Source: Selaginella moellendorffii
Lineage: Eukaryota > Plantae > Lycopodiophyta
Assembly: GCF_000143415.4 (NCBI RefSeq)
Contig: NW_003314270.1
Coordinates: 2,821,668 to 2,885,667, forward strand
DNA: 64,000 bases
Direction: 5' to 3'
A program made the position numbers and the translations under genes. Positions 35,597 to 47,447 of this stretch are shown one piece after another. How positions within the stretch are numbered: the first letter of the stretch is position 1; every line of letters starts with the position of its first letter. A model generated the notes under the pieces. The model did no database searches. It was not told the DNA's origin and saw nothing but the letters and a program-made list of their open reading frames with translations.

Positions 35597-36160
35597 CGCG
35601 AAGAACCCTAAATAGTTTAATACCTAAAAACCTGGCCACGTAGGCAGTGAAGGCAAAGCACCCGCATTTCTCTCTCATGACCTTTGCCATTAGAACTGAC
35701 GAAAGAAGGCATCGACGGCCGGGATTCGTTTCTTTCCACTCGACGGCCGCGATGCTGCCAATTCGACAAAAGCGACGAGCTGCATACAATGGTGGAAGAG
35801 CCAGAAAGGGCGTGGTCACGCGAAGCTCTTAGCGAGGGATTAGGGTATTGGCGCAGGGCTAGCGTGGGAGCGCCGAGGCTGCGGTACCGCCGGAGCTCTG
35901 TTTTTTCGTCGGCATTCCATTGCCAGATCTGGAGCGATCACTCCTCTGGTAGGCGCTGGATCGAGAAATGGCTCCGATCGGCTGCTTGCGCATCGAAAGT
36001 ATTCTATGAGTCTCACATTGCCCGGATTCTTCAGGCCTTGATCCTGAGGGGGAGATTTTGATGGGACATGGCAATGCTGGTGCGCTGGAGCTTGAAAAGC
36101 AGGCAGGATTTTGAGGAAGATAGTTCTCGACGCTTTTAGGACAGGTGTAATCTTGCAGCC

Positions 36161-38678
36161 ATGGACGATGTTGCGATCATTCGGGAGATTTTGGCGGTCA
36201 CCCATGTACCAGTTGTAGCGCAGTTGCAGTGGGAGAAACTGCAAAGTCTTTTGCGATCTGTCTGCGATCGACTCACAGCTCATGTAAGTTGTAGCTCCAT
36301 TGTGAACAGAGGAGAGAGATTGATTTTAACCATCGCTACCACAGACAGCACGGCTTGAGAAAGCTGAGGAGCTCGCCAAAAATTTTCAAGCTTTCAAGGA
36401 GGAGATTTACGAAGTCTGGTACGAGATTTGACCCGTTTGCTTTTCTGTTTTTTCTTTCCCTGACGCGACGCAATGCAGTAAAAACACGGCTAAAGAGTGT
36501 AAAGATTTCACCGAGGTCGAGGTCCAAAAGCAGGCTGAGAAGCTCGATACACATGTTAAAGTCACTGGAGATCGTATCAACGCTGTTCAAAAAGGGTATG
36601 CTTCCGGCTTGGTGAGTGGAACTTGACAAAAGCTTCCATTGCAGGATGGAAGAAAATTCTGTAAACGTCAAGACAGTGACTGGGGATTTGGCAGAATTGA
36701 AGGCAGCCGTCGAGTCTGTTCCCAAAAGAGTTGAAGATTTAGAGGGAGGAATCCAGAACCTGACTGCGGTCAGTTCAGAGCTGCAAACCAAAGTCAAGGA
36801 GCAGGACGAAACAATAAGGAAACAGGGTGAAAACTTCCAGTCACAGTTTGAGCAGCATGTAGTCGAAACGACGGGGGCAGTGCGAGTTATGACAGAAGAA
36901 ATAGAGTCTTTACAAGCTGATGTTCTGGACCACAGTGGAAGGCTGCAAAGTTTGGAAAATCAAGTATGCAATTCTCAACTATCTCAATTTCATGTTCACG
37001 GGTACAACGGGGTTACTGCTTCAGGGAGATGACCTCAAAATACAACTTCAGCAAACCGCCTCAAATCATGCTGCTGAGCTAGAAGCACTCAACAAATACT
37101 GCCAAGTACGTAAAATCGTTGTATGAAGGCACCTTAACTTTTCAATGGCTTCAGGCACTTCGTGTGGATCTTGATACGAAACTTGTAGCTCCCCCGGAGC
37201 TCAAACCAGGCCAGCGGCGTCCGAGTGCCATCGTGGCAGATCTTGGAACTGCTGTTACCGATCTTCAAAACCGCCTGCAAGCAAAAGCTGATGTTGTTGC
37301 TCTAGAAACGCTGACTCAAACCAACAAAGAGGTGATAGTTTTCGATTGGCATTCTGTTTTGGCTGATGTTGTTTCCTTCCCCAGTCTCTTCAAAGGGTGG
37401 CACAAATGATTGAGGATCTTCGGCATCAACAAAGGAGAGGCTCTGCTTCAGGTCCTGCACCCAATCGTAGGTCGTCAAAGTTATCAAGTTTGCTTGCTGG
37501 AGGCACAAAGGTGAGTAGAGTACTTATGCATGCGTCTGATTTAGCGAGCGAAGTATTTTTTACGTTTATCAGGGCATGGTGACGGACTATGTTGCGGACG
37601 AAGTCCGTGACGCTTTGAAAAATCACGACAGACTACTAGAAGAGGTGATGGGCCTTAGCACATTTCAGAACTTGAGTTTATTTGAGAATTTTGCAGATTC
37701 ATAGGGACATGGGATATCTTGGAAGGACCGTGCTTATCATGTCTGGTCATGACCAGCGGTTTGCTCCAGAACAAAAGCCTGCAGAAGTGTCTGCCGCTCC
37801 ACCTGGAACTGCTGGCGTTCCTTCAGGTGCAGTTGCAGGAGCACCGGGAGCTTCTGGACCTTTGGGAGCGCTAGGCCCTCCAGGCGCTCCAGGGGCTCCA
37901 GCCTCAGGCGTTCCAGGAGCTCCAGGTGCACCGGGTGTTCCAGGTGGCCCAGAAACTGTTCCTGATCAGAAACCTCAAGATCCTGAAGCAGCCTACGAGG
38001 ACATGTTTTTTGCTTTTGAGGTAAGGGATTGCGAGCTTATCTCATTTCACATGTTTGCTACTGCAGAAAGCATTAAGAGAGAATCAAATACAAGTGAAAG
38101 AAGATACAACACAAATGAAGGAGTTGCAGATCCTAGTTGACGGTATGAAAGAGACAAAAGCAGAAAAGAAAGATATGCAGGTACCTTGCCTCGTTGTATC
38201 CTCCCAGACGATAGCTGTTTTCACATTTTTGCAGAAAATAGCTCGGATTGTTCGTGAGTTCATGGAGCAACCAGAGCATGCAGTGTTTAGTGGAAAGCCG
38301 CTAATGGGTTTCAAATGCATGTACGTGCTTTACTCTACTGTTTCCAAGGGGTTACTAACGACTACAAGTTGAGGTTTCAGGTCCTGTGACCAAGACATCC
38401 AAAAACTGAACCCACTTCGGGCTGATTATTTGCCACATAACGCAATGCCGAAGCAAGTGCTTCCTATGATGTCGGCGGAACGAATTTTTACTCCCGTAAG
38501 AATTTTGTGCGCTCCCGTAGAAACCAAAGCTAAAAGTTTTCTAAAATCTCAGAATGGTGGAAGTCCTCGATCAGCTCGAATCACCCAACGAAATTCCAAC
38601 AGCAGCCCGTACTCGGCCAAGCTTCCTCGCAGATCGTTTTCAGCCGGACAAGCGAATCGAATGAGCAGGCCTTTATAG
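36161..38678 (+). CDS. Uncharacterised multi-exon coiled-coil protein with a Gly-X-Y stretch and a C-terminal FKCMSCD motif
   Basis: Consecutive GT-AG exons with heptad-rich sequence, GAPGASGPLGALGPPGAPG, and GKPLMGFKCM|SCDQ across an intron. Confidence 0.65.
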
Positions 38679-38849
38679 TAACCTGCAGGTACGCTCCTCG
38701 TGTGTTGCCGGTTTCGCGAGTTTTTACATTCGATTCCAGTTCCACCCTCTGTACGTCCGTTGTTTCAAAGTGTGATTTGCGCCTTTGTCCAAGCCAAAGT
38801 TTTCTTGGATGTCTAGATTCCCAGGTGTTTTAATTATCTCAGGATCGTT

Positions 38850-39020
38850 CTTTTGTCAATCGCTCTTGGTGTCCGCATTGTTTTTCTCCTTTCATGAGTT
38901 ACCGAACGTTTTTGTTTTTCCTGTGTCCTCTTCTATCTCGAGATCTTTTCTTTGTCAATCACTCTTGGTGTCCGTTTTTTTTTTTTTTTTTTTTTTTTGC
39001 GAGTTACCAAACGTTTTTTC
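38850..39020. repeat. Two-copy imperfect direct repeat
   Basis: TTTGTCAATC[G/A]CTCTTGGTGTCCG...GAGTTACC[G/A]AACGTTTTT occurs twice. Confidence 0.7.
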
Positions 39021-39145
39021 TTTTGTCTTTTTCTTTTTCTTCCTGCGTGGCATCCACGTGGGGATTTCAGGTGAACCGATTGATTAGGTCTCGAACGAGC
39101 TGGACCTATCACTGTGCGCTGCGCCTTTAGTCGTTTCATACAGTC

Positions 39146-39840
39146 ATGGACGAAGACGCAGTACCATCGTCTCTGGAGGAGGCTGTGAGAATAGACCCGG
39201 CAACACTACGTCAAAACAAGGTGCTATTGCTTTCAATTTTATGCTCACTGTAGCTTCCTCTCCCTGTTTTTTATACAGTACGTTTCAGAGGAAACTCTCA
39301 AGAGTATATCCTCTCACAAAGGTACCTCTCTTAAGCTACTTAAATTCGATAGAGTTTTCTCAAGCTTGGAATAAAACAAATGCTGGCTTTTTTCTTTTTT
39401 TTCCAAGGTATCGTTGGGACAATCTTGACCGACAGCCTTGGAATCCCCATCAAGAGCTCCATGGACCACGCCACAACGACACAGGTTCGCTCTTTTGATA
39501 ATTCCCACGTCTCAAGCCCCGTACACAGACAGGTACTTATTCGTGCAGTACGCAAGATACGTCGCTCTGATCGTGATGAAATCTAAGAACTTGGCGGCCG
39601 ATATCGAACCAACTGTAAGTCATCCAAGAAAACTCCTTTTTTTTTGTGCCTGATCCTTCGTTTTGATCGCTGGATTGTTTTTTATTTCTTTTGTAGGACA
39701 CCATGATGTTGGTGAGAGTGAGAACGAAATTACACGAGCTCATTGTTGTCCCCAGCGAAGACTACTACATTATAATCGTCCAGAAAGTGGTAGTGGGCGA
39801 CGAGCACCAGCACCATCAACACCACCACCAGCGCCAATAG
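39146..39840 (+). CDS. Roadblock/LC7 dynein light chain (multi-exon)
   Basis: Spliced product EETLKSISSHK|GIVGTILTDSLGIPIKSSMD...|YA...IEPT|DTMMLVRVRTKLHELIVVP.EDYYIIIVQ. Confidence 0.88.
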
Positions 39841-40086
39841 CAATAATAAGAAAGAAGCGAATCTGGAAGGGAATATTCTACCATTCACAGGGCCCTGTTA
39901 AAATTTGGCTACCGCGTAATAGGGTTAGGGCGTGTGTCGTGAGCTCACGCGAGGGATTCGCCACAGGTGAGAGCGCCGGATCGACGAATGCGGCAGGATG
40001 TCGCAATGTGGCAGCGCTGGAGCTGAGATTCAAGCGGCAGCGGCGTCATGAGGTGTGGATTGGAATCGAGCGACTGGAATTTGGCA

Positions 40087-42596
40087 ATGAGAGTGCTCCT
40101 CCTGCTGCTGCTGCTTCCCCTGCTGTGGTATCGAGCTGGATCTGCGAGCGCGAGCGATGCTAGAGGCGATGGCGATGGCGGTAGCAGCATAGGGGCCGAT
40201 GCGTTAGAGATTCTTGAGGCGGCGGCGAAGAATGGGAGTGGTGTGGAGGGATTTGGCGGTGCTGCGAATGGGACTGGAGGGAATGCTACTTTCTCTGTTA
40301 GGTGGGACGTCAAGAGCAACGACACAAGAAACAAGGAGGTGAACGACAAGGCGAGCCAGATAGTCAAGAATGTGGAGAAGCTTTTTGATTCTCTGGAGGA
40401 TGACAGCCAGAAGGAAGCGGGCAAGTTTAACGACACGATTGAGAACCAAGGTGGTGTGCTCGAGACTGTTGCGAGAGTCGGCAAGCACTCCATGGACGAG
40501 GAGGAGCCCGGGAGCAATGGCAAAGAGAGCGAGCAGCAGTCTGGCAAAGATGACAAGCCGGACGAAGAGAAAGCGATCGGTCCAGAAGGGGTGGTGGTGG
40601 TGCCACAGCAGCAGCAGACTAATGCCACTGCCGAGAAACAAGACGAGCGAAGTGATAGTAGTGCCACATTGGAGCATCCTTCCATTTTGCCGCATCCAAG
40701 TCCAAACGCTACGACTATCGGTCAGAAGCCCGGTGGTGAGAAGAAGAACTCCACGGCAGGAAAAGACAATGGGCGACGCTACCAGTCGGAGGACGTTGCT
40801 CGGTTGATCGACAGAGACGACAACGAGTACGTTATCAGTCATCCCGGGAAGAGGTCTCAGATGCAGTTTCAGGAGGACTTGATGTTGATCCGGGACATTG
40901 TCGTCGTCATGGTTGCGTCCGCGCTTGGAGCTATCGTTTTTGCGTTCCTGGGACAGCCCGTGATCCTGGGCTACCTTGCTGCTGGGATGTTCGTGGGACC
41001 AGGTGGTCTCCACCTTGTTCACGAGCTCGTCCAGGTATGAAGCTTTGTCATTGTCTTTGTCATTGTCTAAGCTTTACGTTCCAGGTGGAAACACTCGCTC
41101 AGTTCGGTGTCATATTCTTGCTATTCGCTCTCGGCGTGGAGTTTAGCGCGACAAAGATGCAGGGAGTGAAAGCCGTGGCTTTAGGCGGGGGCTGCATCCA
41201 AATCCTCACGGCGATGGTGCTTGGGGCCCTGCTCTCCACGACGGTTCCGCAGGGTATCTTCATTGGTGAGTCTCGTAGTCTAGCAGCAAAAGTTACATTG
41301 ACTTTCTATGCAGATTGTGTGACGTGCGCCCGTATGCAGGGGCTTTTCTGTCCATGTCGTCCACCGCGGTCGTGGTAAAATGCATGATGGACGCCAACAT
41401 GGCCGGCACGGAACACGGTCAGGTTGGAATCTAATCTAAATACACTTGCGTGACAAGCACACGATCTAAGTTGTTTTTGTTTTTTCTTTTCCGGTGGTCC
41501 CAGATACTACTCGGCACGCTTATTTTCCAAGACTGCGCTTTGGGGCTCTTGCTAGCCGTCATGCCGGCACTCGCGGCCAAAGGCAGCAGCTCCTGGACGA
41601 TCCTGATTGCATTGGCAAGGGAGTGTCTTTTGCTGTCCGGTTTTTGTGCGGTGGCCTGGATCGCCTCCAAGTTGGTTGTTTCACGGTTGCTTTCGGCTCT
41701 CAGCCGCTTGTCGAAGAACAGCTCCGAGTTGTACCAGCTAGGAATCGTTGGACTTTGTCTGAGTATATCCATGCTAAGTCAAAGCCTCGGGCTCGGGCTT
41801 GAAGTTGGCGCTTTCGTCGCGGGTCTCATGCTATCAGGTTGTATACTTCCTTGGTTTGATGTCTTCTAATTTTAAATTGTTCTTTTGTGTATTCTTGTGC
41901 AGGTGGAACGTATAGCGAGAAAACTCTCCACCACGTCGAGCCAATACGGAATATATTTGCCTCGCTTTTTTTAGCTTCTATCGGCATGGTCATGCACCCC
42001 GTATTTCTCTGGCAGCACAAAGATATTCTACTGGGGTCACTCGCGGTTCTGTTCTTCGGCAAAACATTCTTGATCGCTATAGTGGTACAATTTTAAAAGT
42101 CCTCGACTGTTGTTTGCAAGCTTCTAAGTTTTGTTTGCTGGTGTTTCAGGTCTGTGCATTTGGCTACAGCACTCCTATATCTGTGAGCGTTGGCATTGCT
42201 CTCGCACAGATCGGGGAATTCTCGTTTGTGCTGCTGAGCCGTGCTCAAGGCCTGGGACTAGTATCCAGAAAGCTCTACCTCCTCTTGATGGGTACCAGCG
42301 CATTCAGCCTTGTCCTCACTCCATTTGCGTTCAAGCTCGTCGCCCGCCTTGTACCCAGGGAGAAGAAAAGCCAGTACGCACTTTTCAACTTACCAGTGCA
42401 TGGCTTCGGTTACCACTTGGAAACAGGTGACAAGAAGCAGCACACCGAGGATAATCTCGAGGACGAGAAGGACCTTCTCAATCAACAAAGTAAGCCGAGT
42501 GAAGGGAAAGACGCCGAAGATGCTCGAGAGAAGTTATTCCCACAAGTCACGTTGCGGAGACCATTTTCACAAGTGTTTAGTGGACACTGGAGGTGA
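40087..42596 (+). CDS. K+ efflux antiporter, KEA4/5/6-like (CPA2), multi-exon
   Basis: Signal peptide, ETVARV, GQPVILGYLAAG, VETLAQFGVIFLLFALGVEFS, GTLIFQDCALG and LAQIGEFSFVL. Confidence 0.93.
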
Positions 42597-42760
42597 ACAG
42601 GTAAGTGTACATTAACATCAGAAGCCAGTGGGTAAGGGATTCTTTTTCCCGTTACAATAATCGCCGTTCTCTTCTAGTTTTTTTCTTTTTTTTTCTCAGT
42701 TTCGAAGTCTTGTTTTCTATTCTTCTGTAACAAATTTTTTCAGGCAATTGTATAGAGGTT

Positions 42761-43877
42761 TCAGTTATTCGACTGGAGGCCCCGCAAAAGATTTAGCAGT
42801 GCTAAGAAAAGGTTCAATATGTCCAAGTACAGGGACACCGAAGCCCAGATATACTCATCGAAAGTGAACCTTCTGATCAAGTTCTCGGTATCGTAGATTA
42901 TATATGCACTGAAGATGACGGTGGTTATTGCAGCAAAGATGGTCCCCGAGACTGGTCCCAGAGGAAAGAAGATCTGGAAGCCACAAAAACAGGAGAGGAT
43001 TAGCTGGGATGTCCGATATGCACACACCTGGATTATCCCCCAGAGCACGACGACTACAAGCGATACGAAGAGATATGGTCTGAGGAAGCTGAAGTCGTGG
43101 CCTTGCTTTACTGCCCAGAAGGTGTACGCTGTCAGAGCTAGTGCTACTGTAGCAGTGAGAATGAGGGCCTCGAGTAGGACGTCTCCTGGGATTCGGACAA
43201 AAAGTGGAACAGGTTGAGAATCGTTTGGAGCGAGGGGTGAAAACAGATGGAACGGGACAAGCTTTGCTTACCTCGGATGAAGGCGCAGGAAGTCCCGACG
43301 GAGAGGCTCAAGAAGACCGTGAAGAGGCTGAGAAGAACCAAGTTGAGCGGATGGTGGTGCTGATAGTTGTAGAGCGGGCATAGCACTGAGAGGAAAAGGA
43401 AAACAAAACAATCAGGAACAGGAAAGGATGAAGTTTATCCAAGGAAGACAGGATCAAAAGCAGTTCTTGTAAGGAACAAGCAAACGGACAGAGGAAAAAT
43501 AAATCTTCCCAGGATCACAGGAAGATTTTGAGCAGGAAGACAAAAGCCAAGATCACAGAAAGCCAAACAAAGAAGAAAAGCAAAAAAAGCAGCACGGACT
43601 TACGTATCAGAGGCAGGAGCGCGAGGAGGACGAGGAGCAGTGTGTTGTGCGCGAAGAAATCCGCGACGGGCTGCGAGAAGACGATCACCGCCGCAACGAG
43701 AGCTGTGAGAACGATCTGGGTGCTCAGGATTCCATAGACTTTGCGGATGAAACCCCATCGCAAGACGTTGTCGCTGTAATCGATGCCCGGGTAGAGCGCT
43801 CCGCTGGGCTCGTATCCCGTCTCGATGTCCGCGTAGCCACCACCACCTTTGAGATTGCCCGACGTTGATCCATACAT
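42761..43877 (-). CDS. Bax inhibitor-1 family / LIFEGUARD-like protein (multi-exon)
   Basis: LRWGFIRKVYGILSTQ, HPLNLVLL, YIIYDTENLI and SLYLDILNLF. Confidence 0.93.
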
Positions 43878-43931
43878 TTTCTCTTCTCTCTCTCTCTTGC
43901 TGGGAGAGGGGGAAAGAACCCTAAAACAAAC

Positions 43932-43945
43932 TTGCCACGTGGCAA
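43932..43945. promoter_or_regulatory. Extended palindromic G-box
   Basis: TTGCCACGTGGCAA lies in the 132-bp gap between the divergent LFG and PPR starts. Confidence 0.55.
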
Positions 43946-44009
43946 CTTCTTATTAATGGTAAAAGTAAAAGGTGTTAACTAAATGTAAGTTTTTCCTTCT
44001 TGACTAAAA

Positions 44010-45398
44010 ATGACACTAGCTTTCTCCAACAAAGTGTTACATGAGCTAGTAAAAAGCCACGACCTTGAGCGAGCGAGGTCTTACTTTCTCCAAATGCCAT
44101 ATCATAGTGTAGTGACGTGGAACACCATGCTAGCAGCATATGCCCAGAATGGGCATATTGACATGTCACGGGCTTTCTTTGATTCTATGCCACGCCGCAG
44201 CCTCGTGTCATGGAATACCATGCTGGCAGCCTACGTCAAAAGCGAGGACTGTGGCCACGCAAGCCAGATCTTCAATGACGTGCCAATGCGGGACGTTGTG
44301 ACGTGGACAACAATGCTGACTGGGCATGCCCAGTCTGGGTATATACTCGCCGCTGAGCGGCTGTTTCATGAAATGCCGGAGTGGAACTTGCTAACATGGA
44401 GTGCGATATTTTCAGGGTACATTCTTAAGGGTGACAAGACTAAGTCGCAAAATCTGCTAGAGAAGATTCCAGTTCTAGATCTGATTTTAGCGACAACGAT
44501 CCTCACGACATATGCCCACTTGGGGCATGTAGCTCAAGTCGTAAGTTTGTTTGATCAGCTTCCTTCCCGCGATCTAGTCTCGTGGAGTGCTCTTCTCTCT
44601 TCTTACGCCACAAACTTTGATCTCGATGGAGCCAAAAGTGTCTTTGATGCCATGCCAGAGAGGAACCTCGTCTGCTGGAACACAATTCTTTCCGCGAATG
44701 CCTTGGCGGGGCAAAAGGAGGAGGCAAAAGCTTTGTTTGATTCAATGCCAATGCGTGATACGCTGTCCTGGACATCTCTCTTAAACGCGTATTCAAGTGC
44801 CAGAAACATTGAGCAAGCAAAGTCCGTGTACGGCCAAATGCCGCGGCATGATCTTGTCTCAAGAACAGCAATGCTTGCGGCATTTGCCGCGAACGGGCAT
44901 CCAGGAAAAGCCAAGGCCATGTTTGATTCCATTCCAGAGCTCCAATGTGAGATTTCTTGGAACGCTCTCCTTGCTTCTAATGCGCAGAATGCTCGATTTA
45001 TCGAAGCTCTGGAGGCCTTTTACTCCATGGCCACAGTCCAAGCCCCCACTGCCACAAGCTTTGTTCCAGTGATCATCTCTTGCAGCCACAGAGGAGAGAT
45101 TTATAGAGGGCGATCGCTCTTCTTGTCAATGGGTGTAGATCATGGCTTGGAGTACACAAGGCAGCACTTTTGTTGCATGGTGGATCTTCTTGGACGGGGT
45201 GGATTTCTAGATGCCTCGCGAGAGCTCATTGCTTCAATGCCTTTTATTCCAGGTGCATTGGAGTACACTTGCCTGCTTGGAGCGTGTCAGGCTTCCAAGA
45301 ATGTAGAACATGGAGGCCATGTTGTGCAAAAGATTTTGGGCCTGGTAGTGCCTGGTACAAATAATCTACTTTATAATAAACATTTGAGATTTGAATAG
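44010..45398 (+). CDS. PLS-class PPR protein, intronless, E domain apparently truncated
   Basis: VTWNTMLAAYAQNG repeats, CSHRG and HFCCMVDLLGRGG; lacks the terminal YVLL motif seen in the other two PPRs. Confidence 0.9.
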   Translation: MTLAFSNKVLHELVKSHDLERARSYFLQMPYHSVVTWNTMLAAYAQNGHIDMSRAFFDSMPRRSLVSWNTMLAAYVKSEDCGHASQIFNDVPMRDVVTWTTMLTGHAQSGYILAAERLFHEMPEWNLLTWSAIFSGYILKGDKTKSQNLLEKIPVLDLILATTILTTYAHLGHVAQVVSLFDQLPSRDLVSWSALLSSYATNFDLDGAKSVFDAMPERNLVCWNTILSANALAGQKEEAKALFDSMPMRDTLSWTSLLNAYSSARNIEQAKSVYGQMPRHDLVSRTAMLAAFAANGHPGKAKAMFDSIPELQCEISWNALLASNAQNARFIEALEAFYSMATVQAPTATSFVPVIISCSHRGEIYRGRSLFLSMGVDHGLEYTRQHFCCMVDLLGRGGFLDASRELIASMPFIPGALEYTCLLGACQASKNVEHGGHVVQKILGLVVPGTNNLLYNKHLRFE

Positions 45399-45899
45399 AT
45401 AGATGATAGAGATAGATAGTGAGATTTATCAAAAATAAAACTTTATATGGATAGTTTTTGAGTTAAAGGTATCCATGTAGTCATTCTTACCACCTTAAGA
45501 GTAGGAAATTAAAATGTTTCCAGAACGTGTTTAGGATGTTTTACAGGAGAAGCTAGATGCTTCAGAGGTTACCACCTTCTGCTTGGCATTGGACGGTGAG
45601 TATGATAGAGTGGTACGGGCTTTTCTTAAAGAAGAGTCAAGAGGGGTGACATGAGTGATGGCCTGAATCGCTTGGGACTGTATAGGATGGCTGGTCGCAA
45701 AGGGGAAATACATAGCAGAGCTTGCTGGTGAGATGGTGAAAGAAGGATATGTCCCAAGCACCAGAATTGAGAGCATTTTTGACAAGCGCCATCAAAGCTG
45801 CCCGTATCTTAACAATCTCTGAAAGAGATCTCCAGGTTGGAGAAAGACGAGCGGTATTTGCTGAAGTGCATGGCGGCAGGGAGAGCGAGAAGTGGGTTG

Positions 45900-46460
45900 C
45901 TGACACATTCAAAACCAGATGTTGTCAAAACCAAAAGAAAAGAGCTATGAAAACCATAAAATGAAAAATACCTGGGCGATCTGGAAGGCCATGAGGGTGG
46001 CTTGTTCGGCCTCTTGGCGTTGTTGGCAGGTCTTCAAATCGGCGAGGTAGCGATTGTAGTCGGCCGTCATCTTGAGATACAAGACCAACGACTCGCCGGT
46101 TGAGGACGTCGACATGAGGTGTGTGTCAACGAGAGCAAGAAAGGCCTTGATGGTGTCCTCGTTGCAATTTTTTGGCTCAACATACGACGGGAGCATGCTT
46201 TTGCGGAGCTTCCTCCGACTCACCCCTTCCGACTGGACTTGTCGGCGTTTTGCTTCGAGCATCTAAACTCTCTGGATTGGGCTTGTTTTGTGGCACAGAA
46301 GGTATGCGTGCTTACGTTGTTTCTTGTGCTAAGCCTCTTGCATTGTTTTCTCAGGCTATTGACGAGGCACAGGCCAAAGTTGCATCGGGGGAAGGAAATC
46401 AGCCGGATCATGGAGCTCCTCCGGCAAAACCTCGCGGTTTGGATGAGAATGAGTATTGAA
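45900..46460. pseudogene. 14-3-3 pseudogene with an internal inversion
   Basis: Minus strand 45970-46185 reads LVDTHLM..STGESLVLYLKMTADYNRYLADLK..AFQIAQ plus an intron donor. Plus strand 46191-46450 reads AELPPTHPFRL, AQK|AIDEA and IMELLRQNLAVW. Confidence 0.85.
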
Positions 46461-47291
46461 TCATCTCTCCAAGTTGTGAATTCTTTAATACTAGAGAGGT
46501 TTGATGGCAATTGCCTAGTGTGATTCTTCCAAGCAAGCAGCAGCAACTCAGTGGTGATAAAACTCGATTTGACATTGCTACTCAGTTTCAGGCTTGGTGT
46601 TGGAGATTGTGGCAAATTCTTCTCATAAGTTTCTCCTTACGAGCAGATGTCAAGGCACCGACAGAGGGCAGCAAGAAGCGGGATCAACCGCATAGCAGAA
46701 CCTGGGAGAAAGTCAACGCTCAAACACTGATCCACTTTGCATTCTTTGCATCCATTGGTCTCGTGCTTCATAGTGGGCAGATTCTTGCTCTTCACCTGCT
46801 ATAAGTCCAGTGGCATCACCAGGAACAAACATCCCCACTCAAATCTGTTCTATATTGGAAAGGGTGGAAACATCGAAATGTGGTTTGAAAGGTGTGGCAA
46901 GGTGGACAAAATTATTATAGATGGTGAGATAGGACTGGTGGGAGAAACCTTAGTAACTATGATCCCATAAAGTGTTGATATTTTAGAGGATATGGAATTC
47001 CAAAGGGAGGGACATGCAGCCTAAACCACAAGCATCAGCATCAAGACTTTAGAGTGATAGGAGGATTCACCACTAAAAATTTCATAATGTAGTCAAAAAA
47101 CAAATGATATAGTTGGTTCTTCCATTGATTAATTCCACAATGTTGGGATTGCAATATACCATAACACGCATGTAATGAGCCTTCAGTGTAATCCACAGCT
47201 CTAAACAGCTTGTTGAAGCTTTAGAGGACCAGTGAGAAAGATGATGCTCAACTTGGTGGTTGATCATTGCTCCCACCTGAATTACCACAAG

Positions 47292-47447
47292 AAAGCAGCG
47301 ACCAAGTGGCTTTAAAATCACCACTGACAAAACATACACGAGTTTGAGATGGAACTTGCAGTTCTTGGCCACATCAAGCACCGAGACTTGGTGAGCGGAT
47401 TCATGCTATCATCAGCCAGCAACCTCTCCCTTTTCAAATTCATGGAC
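47292..47447 (+). pseudogene. Receptor-like kinase fragment (ERECTA-family-like subdomains II-V)
   Basis: KAATKWL*NHH*QNIHEFEMELAVLGHIKHRDLVSGFMLSSASNLSLFKFMD, with two stop codons. Confidence 0.65.

Noticed and set aside
45628-45645. KEESRG, identical to a 14-3-3 motif, just upstream of the 14-3-3 pseudogene
   Set aside because: The flanking residues do not match 14-3-3; probably coincidence.
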